Positions 7,529 to 17,380 of a stretch of 30,947 bases of DNA are shown one piece after another (within the stretch, counting starts at the first letter, position 1; each line of letters opens with the position of its first letter). The notes under the pieces were generated by a model. That model worked only from the letters and a program-made list of their open reading frames with translations. It was not told the origin of the DNA and did no database searches. The DNA is from Oligoflexales bacterium (lineage in GTDB: Bacteria; Bdellovibrionota_B; Oligoflexia; Oligoflexales; RGVZ01): the NCBI GenBank assembly GCA_044236265.1, contig JBIIGV010000021.1, positions 1 through 30,947 on the forward strand. Direction: 5' to 3'. Both the position numbers and the translations under genes were made by a program.

Positions 7529-9757
7529 ATGCGCATTCGCAAGATTTTTTTAATACTGATTTCTGCTCTGCTGGTCCTTGCTGTAGGTACCGGCGCGTAC
7601 CTGTTTAAACACACTAAAAATCAGGGACTTTCTGACAATCAGCTAAAAGCCTATTCAAAAGCCAACATCCAAAGGGACCATCGTGGAGTTATCTCAATTC
7701 GTGCTTCTAATTGGCTTAGCCTCGCTGAAGCCCAGGGATTTGTCACAGCAAGCGAACGCATGTTCCAACTGGATTTGATGCGCCGAAGAGCTGACGGCGC
7801 CTTGGCCGAAATTTTTGGACCAGTTGCGCTAACCTTCGACCGCAGACAACGCATGGAAGACTGGAGACACTACGCCAAAGCAGCTGCGGATCAGCTTCCA
7901 GATTCTCAGAAAAAACTTTGTGATGCCTACGCGCGGGGAGTTAATGAATTTCTCACGGAATACCCAACTAAAGCTGGCATCGAATACACCCTGCTACGAC
8001 AAGCACCCCAATCTTGGAGCTGTGTCGACAGCCTATTAATTGTACTTTTAATGAGTAATAACATGAGCCACTCATGGAGCCGCGATCTCGACATGAAGGC
8101 ATGGCACGATTCTCTGCCAAAGGAGTGGTGGTCTTTCGTCTTTCCCTCGCGACACCCTTGGAATAGACCTTGGTTTGAGAACAGCACGGATAAGCTTGCT
8201 CAATCGTTATGGCCAACGACAGAGTTGCCATATTCGCAGCTGTCAGACTCAGATTTCCAACCTGCCATCTCTGAGCGCCAAGCGGTGATCGATGGTAGCA
8301 ATTCATGGGCTTACCGCGGAAAAAAAGGCGCTTGGCTTGCAAATGATCCACACTTAGGCAACCAGGTTCCACAACTATGGATTCCCATGAAGCTTGTGAC
8401 TGACGATGGTTGGTGGGCAGTTGGCAGTGCTCTCCCTGGGGTCGCAGGAATATTAATCGGGATGAATAACAGTCTTGCCTGGGCCATTACCAACAATGGT
8501 GAAGATGTTGATGACGCAGTTATTGCTGCTGAGGGCATCCAGGTCGAAGAAGAAAAACGCAAGATTGCTGTGCGCGGCGGCAAAGAAGAGATCCTCGTTG
8601 TTCGCAAAACTGACAAGGGACCAATCGTAAAAGACTCTGGCGATGGAACGTTCATCATTCGTCAATGGATTGCTTTAAAACCCGGTATTTTATCACTGCC
8701 AATTGAGACACTAAACCGATCACTTGATTGGGAGTCTTTCAATCAAGCTCTGGATCAATTTCGATTCGTACCACTAAATTTTACGATGCTTGATCGCCAC
8801 GGTAATATGGGGCTCAGAATATCAGGGTGCGACATCGGACGTGGCAATAATGGAGATTTCGCTGAATCCTGGGAGCAATCGACTTGGGCCCTAGACTGCA
8901 AGGTGGATCAGCGTCGAAGACTGTTTATTCCAAAAGACGCTGGGGAGACTGCTTACATTTCAACTGCCAACGAGCAGATATGGATCGATGGAAAACTTCA
9001 TAATTGGGCTGATGATGACCGAGCATTTCGTCTCAGAGAACTGTTAGGTAAAAACGACTTGGGCTTTGAAGATATGGGTATGATGCAGCTAGATACCGTA
9101 AGTCATATTCACGCGCGCGTCTTACGGTGGTTACTGGACACGGGCATGACAGAAGGTCTTCCTCAAGACCAAAAAAATGACTGGCAAAAATGGGATGGCA
9201 ATATCAAAAGCTGTCCTCAGTGTATGAGTGAAGCAAATGATGGCGCACTGCTTCTAGATCAAATTATCATGAAGAAAATTGAGCATCAGTTTACAAAGGG
9301 TGATGGTGGGTTGCCCAAAGTCAGACGTAACATGGACCGAGCAAGAGTCGTGGCTCTTATTGAGAATCCGAATGTTGCCACGCTTCTTGGCTTTGACCCT
9401 AAAGCGTTAGCCTCTGGCGTCATCAAGTCGCTTATGCGCACTCCCACTCAGACGCGAAAGGAGTGGCAAATTCGTAACCAGTGGGCGACGCAACATCCTT
9501 TTGTGGGGCGAGTCCCAGTAGTGGGTAGACTGTTTGAAATAGACGCTCCACTGCAGTACGGCGCCTCGACGGTTCTGCGAGCTGAAAAGCCTCACCATGG
9601 CCCAAGCACCAGGATGATTTGGTCCCCTGGGCGCCCAGAAACAAGTGTTTGGGCATTTCCCACAGGTACGAGCGGACACATTTTTTCACCGCACTTTAAG
9701 GATTGGTCAAATATTTGGCAAACCGGCGGCCTTGTAGCCATACCGTCAACCCCGTGA
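7529..9757 (+). CDS. Penicillin acylase / AHL-acylase family Ntn hydrolase (peptidase S45), membrane anchored
   Basis: RDHRGV.., AQGFVTASERMFQLDLMRR, autoproteolysis site G|SNSW, LANDPHL, TANE and GTSGHIFSPHFKD; N-terminal hydrophobic anchor. Confidence 0.9.
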   Translation: MRIRKIFLILISALLVLAVGTGAYLFKHTKNQGLSDNQLKAYSKANIQRDHRGVISIRASNWLSLAEAQGFVTASERMFQLDLMRRRADGALAEIFGPVALTFDRRQRMEDWRHYAKAAADQLPDSQKKLCDAYARGVNEFLTEYPTKAGIEYTLLRQAPQSWSCVDSLLIVLLMSNNMSHSWSRDLDMKAWHDSLPKEWWSFVFPSRHPWNRPWFENSTDKLAQSLWPTTELPYSQLSDSDFQPAISERQAVIDGSNSWAYRGKKGAWLANDPHLGNQVPQLWIPMKLVTDDGWWAVGSALPGVAGILIGMNNSLAWAITNNGEDVDDAVIAAEGIQVEEEKRKIAVRGGKEEILVVRKTDKGPIVKDSGDGTFIIRQWIALKPGILSLPIETLNRSLDWESFNQALDQFRFVPLNFTMLDRHGNMGLRISGCDIGRGNNGDFAESWEQSTWALDCKVDQRRRLFIPKDAGETAYISTANEQIWIDGKLHNWADDDRAFRLRELLGKNDLGFEDMGMMQLDTVSHIHARVLRWLLDTGMTEGLPQDQKNDWQKWDGNIKSCPQCMSEANDGALLLDQIIMKKIEHQFTKGDGGLPKVRRNMDRARVVALIENPNVATLLGFDPKALASGVIKSLMRTPTQTRKEWQIRNQWATQHPFVGRVPVVGRLFEIDAPLQYGASTVLRAEKPHHGPSTRMIWSPGRPETSVWAFPTGTSGHIFSPHFKDWSNIWQTGGLVAIPSTP

Positions 9758-9774
9758 TTTTTTCATTTTGCGCT

Positions 9775-9803
9775 TTGATTTCATTAGCTAAAAGATATTT
9801 AAT
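9775..9803 (+). promoter_or_regulatory. Candidate sigma-70 promoter for the ABC operon
   Basis: TTGATT-N17-TTTAAT, followed by a leader hairpin CGTGGC-GGAAAAA-GCCACG (9823-9841) and a GGAGGAG SD. Confidence 0.4.
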
Positions 9804-9866
9804 ATTAGCCTTCTGAGTCACTCGTGGCGGAAAAAGCCACGTCCCAAACAAGTTTGGAGGAGTTAC

Positions 9867-10787
9867 ATGATCGAAGTATCGAGTCTCTGTAAAAATTACG
9901 GTGATCTAGCGGCACTTTCCAATGTGACATTCACCGTTGAGAAAGGCCAGATCGTTGGTTTTCTTGGAGCGAACGGTGCCGGCAAATCGACAACGATGGA
10001 CATTCTATGTGGATGTATCGGCCCCGATAGCGGCACTGCAAAAATCTCAGGTTTTGACATAACCGAGCAGCCCATCGAGGCCAAAAAAAGGCTCGGCTAC
10101 CTACCTGATGTCGCACCGCTTCACCATGAAATGATTGTTGAAGATTTTATCCGCTATGTTGCAGAACTGCACAAAGTTCCCTCGCATTCAATTCGCGTCA
10201 GAGTCGACGCGACCATTGAAAAGTTGGCACTCGGTGACGTGCGCAAAAGATTGATCGGCAATCTTTCAAAAGGTTACAGGCAACGTGTCGGCTTAGCACA
10301 AGCGTTGGTGCACGATCCAGAGGTGTTGGTTCTTGACGAGCCAACAGAGGGACTTGATCCTACGCAGATTGCAGAGATCAGAAAGCTCGTGAGATCTTTG
10401 GCAGGTCAGCACACGATTTTACTCTCATCGCATATTCTCAGCGAAGTGCAGAACACATGTGACAAAATCGTAATCATCAACAAAGGTCAGATTGTTAAAC
10501 AAGGGACCTATGAGCAGCTAGCTGCCGCCATGGAAACGGGACACACCTACAAACTTAAAGTTGCCCGTAATGGAGCTAATGCGCTGACAACGCTTGGTCG
10601 ACTCGGCTTACAAAATCTCAAGGCTGGCTCGACTGATGGTGATATTGAATTCGCAGTCAGTACGACTACGGGCGATCAAATTCTAGATGACGTTGCGAAA
10701 GCTGTCGTCGATGGAGGATTTGGACTGCGAGGACTCGCTCTCAAAACACGCTCCCTAGAAGACGTATTCCTGCAGCTAACTAAATAA
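9867..10787 (+). CDS. ABC-2 transporter ATP-binding protein (GldA-like)
   Basis: Walker A GANGAGKS, signature LSKGYRQR, Walker B VLVLDEP and H-loop SSH. Confidence 0.92.
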   Translation: MIEVSSLCKNYGDLAALSNVTFTVEKGQIVGFLGANGAGKSTTMDILCGCIGPDSGTAKISGFDITEQPIEAKKRLGYLPDVAPLHHEMIVEDFIRYVAELHKVPSHSIRVRVDATIEKLALGDVRKRLIGNLSKGYRQRVGLAQALVHDPEVLVLDEPTEGLDPTQIAEIRKLVRSLAGQHTILLSSHILSEVQNTCDKIVIINKGQIVKQGTYEQLAAAMETGHTYKLKVARNGANALTTLGRLGLQNLKAGSTDGDIEFAVSTTTGDQILDDVAKAVVDGGFGLRGLALKTRSLEDVFLQLTK

Positions 10788-10804
10788 AACCAAGGAGATC
10801 TATC

Positions 10805-11569
10805 ATGAGTAGTATATTCGCTATTGCACGTCGTGATCTTAAAGCCTATTTCGCATCCCCAAGGGCATCCGCCATTTTTTGGTTTTTCCTGATTTTCATG
10901 GGATTCTTTTTCAATAATTTTATCGGCATGTTTATGCAGATGACGCAGCAGGCTCCCATGATGGGCGGACAAGCCCCAACGTTAGAGCAGCTGCTGAAAG
11001 CATTATTCTATAATCTTCACTTCATACTGTTACTGGTCGTCCCTGCAGTCACCATGGCTAGCTTTAGTGAGGAGAAAAGAAATCACTCGATCAGGCTTCT
11101 ACAAACATCCCCGTGTACACCCATGGAGATTGTTCTTGGTAAGTTTTTTGCTGCTGCAAGCTTGATGGCTTTAGTTTTGGTCGCTTCTGCGGTCTATCCT
11201 CTTTTCACGGTAACTCATGGTAACCCCGACAAAATGGTCATCGTGACAAGCTATATCGGACTTCTGCTCTTGGTTTGCTCTCAAATTGCCTTCGGCCTGT
11301 GGGTCAGTTCCATGACCAGCAACCAATTTATGGCCTTCTTATTCACGATGTTCGGACTCTTTCTGCTGCTCATCCTCAACTGGATGGCCACCAACTTAAG
11401 CGGTGGGGGAATCATGGAATCAGTTCTCAAGTACCTGGCCAACTCAGATCACTTAGACGCCTTCTTCAAGGGAACACTATCCGTTGGTCATACCGCATAC
11501 TTTCTCGTCTTTACGGCGATGTTTCTTTTCTTCACTAATGTCACCTTAGACAGTCAGCGTTGGAGGTAA
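10805..11569 (+). CDS. ABC-2 transporter permease (GldF-like)
   Basis: IARRDLKAYFASP, PAVTMASFSEEKR..SIRLL, IVLGKF, SSMTSNQ; about 6 TM segments. Confidence 0.88.
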   Translation: MSSIFAIARRDLKAYFASPRASAIFWFFLIFMGFFFNNFIGMFMQMTQQAPMMGGQAPTLEQLLKALFYNLHFILLLVVPAVTMASFSEEKRNHSIRLLQTSPCTPMEIVLGKFFAAASLMALVLVASAVYPLFTVTHGNPDKMVIVTSYIGLLLLVCSQIAFGLWVSSMTSNQFMAFLFTMFGLFLLLILNWMATNLSGGGIMESVLKYLANSDHLDAFFKGTLSVGHTAYFLVFTAMFLFFTNVTLDSQRWR

Positions 11570-11575
11570 ATCATC

Positions 11576-13135
11576 ATGCGCAGTGGATTATTTATTTTAC
11601 CCTTCTTAGCTATCTTTATCGCCGCCTTTGGGACAACACTGGCATCCAGCTTTGCAAGTCAGGCACTACTGTTTAAATCAACAGGATGGGGGCTTGCTGC
11701 GGGGCTCATCGCTCTTTGGGTGTGGCTGGACCTGTCGGGCTTTCGAAAATTCTTCTCACGTAAGGGTGCAAAGTATGGGGCATCCTCGGGAGCCGTTCTG
11801 ATCCTTTCAGTTTTAGTCTTTGTTGGCATTTCGGTGATAACAAGTCGACCAAGATTTGACAAAACATGGGACCTCAGTCGAGACAAAACAAATACGTTAT
11901 CTGATCAGTCTGTTAAGGCGATCGAAACGCTGTCAAAAAAAGATCAGACCTTAAGCGTTACAGCCTATTTCATGGACCAGCAGCAGGAACAAACATTTCG
12001 CGACCTCATGGGTCTCTACCTCGCCAAAAATGCCAAAATAAAAATTGAGTATGTAAACCCCCAGCGCGAGAATACGCGAGCCATGGCTGATAAGCTGACA
12101 AGTGGTAATACGGCTATTTTTAAGCTAGGAACTCAGGAAAACCGCGTCACAACATTCACCGAAGAGAAGATCACCAATGCGCTAGTGGCAGTGCTCAAAG
12201 AAGGCAATAAAAAAATCTACTTCACGAAAGGTCACGGCGAGGGACAATTAACGGGTCAAGATGCTGACGGATTTGACCGCGCTGCACAAGAACTCAAAAA
12301 CAATCGCTACGACGTCGCAGACGTTACACTTCTTGATCAAGGAAAGGTGCCAGATGACGCGGTTGCACTGTTGATTGCTGGACCCAAGTACGATTTCAAG
12401 GACGCTGAAGTTAAGTTTCTTGAAGATTTTATCGGAAGAGGCGGCAGCATCATCGCATTTGTTGATGCTATGGTTCAGGCTCAGAACATCAATAAATTCC
12501 TCTCAAAATATGGGATGTCGCTTAATGACGACCTCATGATTCTGCTACCAGACGATCCGCGAGCGCAGTTATTGGGACAAAACAACGCAATTATTCAAGA
12601 CTTTGATGAATTCAGCCCCATCACAAAAGACTTCGCGCGCAAAAGCAATGTCGCCATTCTTTTCCAAAACACCAGAACTGTTACTGAGATCCCAGACAAC
12701 CCCTCAAAGTTCAAAGTCAGCCTCATTGGGAAAACAGCCGGAGAGACGACTGTTCGCGTGAAAAGCGTCCAGTCGGCTGCTGATTTAAAGGGGATCACAC
12801 GTGAACGGGTCGAGCAAGGATCGTTTGCGGTGATGGCGACCTCATCGGGCAAGATTAGCGATAAAGAATCGAGAATCGCCGTATTCGGCTCAGCTCAATT
12901 CATAACGAATCAGGGATTTCAAACTGCAGAAAATCGTGACTTACTGGCAAACTCTGTCAGCTGGCTAACTCAGGACGAAGATTTCATCTCAATTCGCCCA
13001 AAGGATACGACCAAAAGCACGCTAACAATAGCGACCGGAAGCGCCACTTTAAATCTGTTATTCATTTGCTTCATCTATCCATTCGTATTCCTCGGATTTG
13101 GCGCATTTTATTGGCTTAAGAGGAGGCAAGCTTAA
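11576..13135 (+). CDS. GldG-family ABC transporter auxiliary component
   Basis: WDLSRDKTNTLS, EEKITNAL, IYFTKGHGE, LLIAGPK and NRDLLANSVSWL...ISIRPK; N- and C-terminal TM helices. Confidence 0.87.
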   Translation: MRSGLFILPFLAIFIAAFGTTLASSFASQALLFKSTGWGLAAGLIALWVWLDLSGFRKFFSRKGAKYGASSGAVLILSVLVFVGISVITSRPRFDKTWDLSRDKTNTLSDQSVKAIETLSKKDQTLSVTAYFMDQQQEQTFRDLMGLYLAKNAKIKIEYVNPQRENTRAMADKLTSGNTAIFKLGTQENRVTTFTEEKITNALVAVLKEGNKKIYFTKGHGEGQLTGQDADGFDRAAQELKNNRYDVADVTLLDQGKVPDDAVALLIAGPKYDFKDAEVKFLEDFIGRGGSIIAFVDAMVQAQNINKFLSKYGMSLNDDLMILLPDDPRAQLLGQNNAIIQDFDEFSPITKDFARKSNVAILFQNTRTVTEIPDNPSKFKVSLIGKTAGETTVRVKSVQSAADLKGITRERVEQGSFAVMATSSGKISDKESRIAVFGSAQFITNQGFQTAENRDLLANSVSWLTQDEDFISIRPKDTTKSTLTIATGSATLNLLFICFIYPFVFLGFGAFYWLKRRQA

Positions 13136-14616
13136 TGCAAAAATGGAAGCAAATTGCCGGACTGGCAACTCTTCTTATTGGACTTGGCGCCTTAGCCACG
13201 TGGGATGAATGGAAGACTAAAAATGAGGAAAAAGAGAAAGAGACGAAAGGAATACTTCTTCCAATAAAGCCTGAGAGCATCGTCGGACTTCGCATCAGAG
13301 CTACGACTGAGGAAGATGGAGGTGCCAAAACGGCCGGTTCAGCCATTAGCAGTGCGGGTGCCACCGATGTGACACTTAAGAATACGGACGGAACTTGGGC
13401 AATTTCGGTTCCCGTGACAACTACGGCTGACCAGCAAGTCGTCACTGATCTCATCAAAAATCTGACAGACTACAAAACAGAGTCCGAGGTCTCCACTTCA
13501 AAGGACCAGTGGCCCCAGTTCGGACTCGACAAACCTCGCCGTGACATCGAGATTGAAACGAAGGACGGCAAAAAGCTTAGCTTTTATGTCGGTCTAAATA
13601 CGCCGGTAGGCTTCAGTGCGTACGTCGCTACATCTGATAGCCCCAAAGCATTTGCGGGGAGCCAATACATTGTCACGTCGACGGGTAAATCCCTTTTTGA
13701 TCTTCGAGACAAAAAGATCCTTTCAGGCTCTGCATCTACAGTGACTGGGCTGACTGTGACCGCGAAAAACAATCAAGGAACTGAGACGCTTGCACTGTCA
13801 CAAGCGGATGGCAAATGGCTAATTCAACGTCCGGTAAGTGCCCCCGGGGATTCTGTCTCCGTCAAAAATTACCTAGACGATCTTTTTGGACTCAAAGCAA
13901 CCGAGTTTATCGACTCTCCAAACCAAGCCCTTCTTGCTGCTATGTCAGATAAAAACCTGCTCGCAAAGATAGACCTGACGCAAAGCCCGGGATCTCATCA
14001 ACTAACCTTCTACCAAACAAAAGACGGCATATACGCACGCGCGGTAAACACGTTGACTATTTTTAAACTGGCAGACGATGCCCGCGGAAAAATTGTCAAA
14101 ACAGCGAAAGACTTACGCGATAAAAAAATATTTTCATTTGGCTCAGCAGATGTCAGTAAAGTTACAATCGATGGCGAAGCGTTTGCCAAAGTTGCTACCG
14201 ACTGGTACCGAGCGGAAGATGCAGGTAAGTTCGCCGCAGATGGAAAATTCACTGGCAAGGCCGAGGAGAAGCCAAGCGGTGCATCGCATGTGCGAGGATT
14301 GGTTGTGGACTTGGAGTACGCAAGGGCTGAAGATGTTTATGATGCCGCAAGTGACGTGGCAAAAAACCTACCTAAAGCACCTAAACATCGAGTTGTTCTT
14401 GGACTAACACCAAAGGAGCCAGACATAACGATTGATGTTTGGACTGCTCAGGACAACCCTGAAATGATTTATATTCGTCGTACGGGAGCCTCACAAATTT
14501 TCAAGTCTAAGCGATCAACAATTGCAAGTCTGACACCCTCAAAAATCGCACCCGCCGGCGATGAAGCGACGATGAACCCTTTACAGTCCATGCCGCCAGA
14601 GGAGCCAACGAAGTAG
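13135..14616 (+). CDS. DUF4340-type membrane-anchored periplasmic protein
   Basis: N-terminal TM helix; W.I..PV...AD, FGLDKP and DLRDKK motifs; usual fourth gene of gldAFG-like cassettes; TAATG coupling. Confidence 0.78.
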   Translation: MQKWKQIAGLATLLIGLGALATWDEWKTKNEEKEKETKGILLPIKPESIVGLRIRATTEEDGGAKTAGSAISSAGATDVTLKNTDGTWAISVPVTTTADQQVVTDLIKNLTDYKTESEVSTSKDQWPQFGLDKPRRDIEIETKDGKKLSFYVGLNTPVGFSAYVATSDSPKAFAGSQYIVTSTGKSLFDLRDKKILSGSASTVTGLTVTAKNNQGTETLALSQADGKWLIQRPVSAPGDSVSVKNYLDDLFGLKATEFIDSPNQALLAAMSDKNLLAKIDLTQSPGSHQLTFYQTKDGIYARAVNTLTIFKLADDARGKIVKTAKDLRDKKIFSFGSADVSKVTIDGEAFAKVATDWYRAEDAGKFAADGKFTGKAEEKPSGASHVRGLVVDLEYARAEDVYDAASDVAKNLPKAPKHRVVLGLTPKEPDITIDVWTAQDNPEMIYIRRTGASQIFKSKRSTIASLTPSKIAPAGDEATMNPLQSMPPEEPTK

Positions 14617-14673
14617 CTCAGATGGTCTTGAACCTTGACCGCTAGCTGCGATCATCAAACCGGGATAACGACA

Positions 14674-15504
14674 ATGCCGTACGAATCTTTTCATATCGAA
14701 TCATTCGGCAAGGTTGGTAATCCCGTTTTAATTTTCATTCATGGGTGGCCTGACTCTGGAAGTCTTTGGGACAATCAAGTCGAATATTTCTCAACTAACT
14801 ATCACTGCATAACAGTAACTTTGCCAAATTTTCCGGGGGCGGGCCGAAGTAAATGGGGTCTAGACTTTCCAGACCTGACAGATGCCTTAGCGCAGTCACT
14901 AAAAACAAGGTTGGGAGACACGTCCTCGTCACTAGTCACAGTGATTGGTCATGATTGGGGGGCAATTTTAGCTTACCACCTAGACAAGAGATATTCCGAT
15001 CTTTTTAGACGCCTCATAACCCTCGATGTCGGTGCAGATGTAAAACCTACATCCATCGGTCACATGCTGTTTTTTGTTAGCTATCAGTGGTGGCTTGCGA
15101 GTGCATTTTTAATAGGTCAGGCGATCCCGTCACTTGGCAACTGGATGACTGCGGTATTTTCTAAGTCCGTAAATGCTCCAAGGGGGCGAGAGGTCACATC
15201 GCAGATGAACTACTTCTATTTTTATGTATGGAGAGGTTTTTTATTTAAAAGATACGGTGCCTCTCTGTTAAACGCATACCGCCCGAAAAAGCCGACTTTG
15301 TTCCTCTATGGGGAGAGAAACAAATATCGTTTTTTCTCCGAGAGGTGGCGTGAATGGGTCGTTGGAACTCCCGGCGGGAAAGTTCAAGGAATGATAAATA
15401 GTGACCATTGGATTAATATTCGAGAGCCCGATCTAACAAATAAAATTATCGACGAGTGGCTGTCTGCGACATCAAAAAATCCTGCACTCCAACCTGAGCA
15501 TTAA
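14674..15504 (+). CDS. Alpha/beta hydrolase, epoxide hydrolase/dehalogenase-like
   Basis: HGWP oxyanion motif, GHDWG nucleophile elbow (Asp) and C-terminal DHW histidine. Start is ATG 14674 or TTG 14635. Confidence 0.85.
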   Translation: MPYESFHIESFGKVGNPVLIFIHGWPDSGSLWDNQVEYFSTNYHCITVTLPNFPGAGRSKWGLDFPDLTDALAQSLKTRLGDTSSSLVTVIGHDWGAILAYHLDKRYSDLFRRLITLDVGADVKPTSIGHMLFFVSYQWWLASAFLIGQAIPSLGNWMTAVFSKSVNAPRGREVTSQMNYFYFYVWRGFLFKRYGASLLNAYRPKKPTLFLYGERNKYRFFSERWREWVVGTPGGKVQGMINSDHWINIREPDLTNKIIDEWLSATSKNPALQPEH

Positions 15505-15511
15505 ATGCCAA

Positions 15512-15542
15512 AAAATAACAGCGCTTTGGGCGCTGTTATTTT
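15512..15542. terminator. Bidirectional intrinsic terminator
   Basis: Perfect 13-bp inverted repeat AAAATAACAGCGC-TTTGG-GCGCTGTTATTTT between convergent genes. Confidence 0.85.
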
Positions 15543-15572
15543 AGAACACTTAATTCCTAAAAATCCTGTCTT

Positions 15573-17102
15573 TCAGTCATTCTCGGTTGTAACTTTTGTG
15601 GATCTTGTCACTTTAATTTTCCCACGTGCTGTTCGCACTTCCGTTACATCCACTCTTTCCACAGTCTTTAAATACCTTTTCGTAGCTTCTGGCAAACTAT
15701 GCCAAATTCTCATAGCCAGCAAAGTCCCCAGAACTGCCCACGGCAGAAGGAACATAGGCCAGTAGGTCCAGCTTTTTGAGGTTAAATATCCGAGGGAAAT
15801 GGATTGTAGACCGCTGCCAAGATACACGCAGCCATCGACGATTCCTGAGGCGGTAGCTGTCGCCTTCCGGCCGCCAAAGTCCGCAGCTGCAGTGCCCGAC
15901 ATGAGAGAGTGAACGCCAATCACAGATAGAGTGATTAACACCGCACATGTACCCAGTAGCACAGGCTTATCTGGAATCGCATAGATCATTCCGGAGCAGA
16001 AGATGGCCATTGTGAAACAAAGGATCGCTGCTGGGGGACCTCGACGCGATTGAAACAACTTATCCGACATCAGTCCGCCGGTGAACCCGCCGATAATTCC
16101 AGTGATACAGAGGAGCATACCCCAGTTTTCTTTGAAAAACTCCGCACCAATCTGAGGAACTTCTTTTGCGTAAACAAAGTACCACTGCATGATACCGTTA
16201 CGTAAAATACCGGATGTGAAGTCAACCAGGGCTACAGTTAACAAAATAGGATTGGTAAAAATCCTCTTTAGGAGTGCTGTTATGCGAAGATCCACCATCT
16301 CTTCATCAGAGGATGCATCATGAGGATCAAAGTCATCAAAGTTAGCATGAGCAGGAGAGTCTTTTAGAAGCAGAAGGTCAATCAATGCCCATACCAACAA
16401 AATTCCTGCAGGAATCAAGAACACAAACCAGTAAGCATCAGTTGTACCGACGTCCACTGCAAACATGGTACGAAGGCCTTGCTGAAACGAAGAAAGCTCC
16501 TTATTTGGTTCAAGCTTCATAGCATCTGCGATCGCCTGTCCCCAGTCGAATGCAAAATAAACACCAAATGAGATAAGAGTTCCAAAAATTGCACCGAAAA
16601 GTCCACGTTCACGGACGTGGAACCAATATGCTTTAACTTTGATAATCGAAACCGCACCATAGCTTTGGAAGAACATATTTAGAGAATACAGAGCTGTCAT
16701 CGTGATGGTCAGATCCAGGTCCCGGCCCCCATTTAGGAAGTAGAAAACCACGCCCCCCATCATGATATTGGCGATACTGGAGCCGACTGCAGCAATCAAC
16801 ATCCCTTTACGACCACCCATGCGATCAACCATCGGGCCTGTCAAAAGAAAGGAAAGACCATAAGTAATGGTTCCGATCCCGAAGATATATCCGAAGTCCT
16901 GCTTTGACATCATGTCACCTAGAGCATTCTTCGAGACGCTAAGGTTGTATCGAGCCATATAGAGGAACGCGTAGGTCATACCCATGGCAAACCAGTTGTA
17001 GAAACGATGCCACATGAATTTAGGAGAGTGACCAAGAGGATTATTTCGGAAATAAAGGCCAACAACGATGAGTAGTGTTACACCTACGATCACGAGATCC
17101 AT
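15573..17102 (-). CDS. MFS transporter, GlpT/UhpC-like organophosphate:Pi antiporter family
   Basis: YAFLYMARYNLSV, YGLSFLLTGPMVDR, WFHVRERG, MSDKLFQSRRGP and ATASGIVDGCVYLG; about 12 TMs. ATG 17102 follows AGAGGT; GTG 17108 is the alternative. Confidence 0.82.
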   Translation of the reverse strand: MDLVIVGVTLLIVVGLYFRNNPLGHSPKFMWHRFYNWFAMGMTYAFLYMARYNLSVSKNALGDMMSKQDFGYIFGIGTITYGLSFLLTGPMVDRMGGRKGMLIAAVGSSIANIMMGGVVFYFLNGGRDLDLTITMTALYSLNMFFQSYGAVSIIKVKAYWFHVRERGLFGAIFGTLISFGVYFAFDWGQAIADAMKLEPNKELSSFQQGLRTMFAVDVGTTDAYWFVFLIPAGILLVWALIDLLLLKDSPAHANFDDFDPHDASSDEEMVDLRITALLKRIFTNPILLTVALVDFTSGILRNGIMQWYFVYAKEVPQIGAEFFKENWGMLLCITGIIGGFTGGLMSDKLFQSRRGPPAAILCFTMAIFCSGMIYAIPDKPVLLGTCAVLITLSVIGVHSLMSGTAAADFGGRKATATASGIVDGCVYLGSGLQSISLGYLTSKSWTYWPMFLLPWAVLGTLLAMRIWHSLPEATKRYLKTVERVDVTEVRTARGKIKVTRSTKVTTEND

Positions 17103-17380
17103 GGACACCTCTTGGTCTTAATAAAGATTCTGGTCACGACTTCTTACCGAGCGAGGTACGTAACCCATCCAAGGCTAGTTTTCAATGACGATTTGTGGCG
17201 TTAACCCCCTGAGAAGACGCCACTTTGGCAGATTTGAGCAAGATATGCTTTCAAGTCCGCCTAAAACTACCTCCAAGGCCCAGTAAACCGTCCAAGGCAC
17301 TCGTAAATGGACTTGGTACACCTATTTGATTGGACTATAGTCCATCAACTCTTGTCGTAACGCTTAAGCATAAGATTCGT

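Noticed and set aside
9867..13135. Calling the ABC cassette a gliding-motility system
   Set aside because: Gld-like ABC cassettes occur widely in non-gliding bacteria, and no gldK-N or agl/glt genes are in the window.
14613..14660. GTAGCTCAGATGGT resembling a tRNA D-arm
   Set aside because: The D-stem does not close properly, there is no GTTCRA T-loop or acceptor stem, and it overlaps a stop codon.
15505..15765. 86-aa ORF starting right after the hydrolase stop
   Set aside because: It runs through the bidirectional terminator and antisense into the MFS gene.
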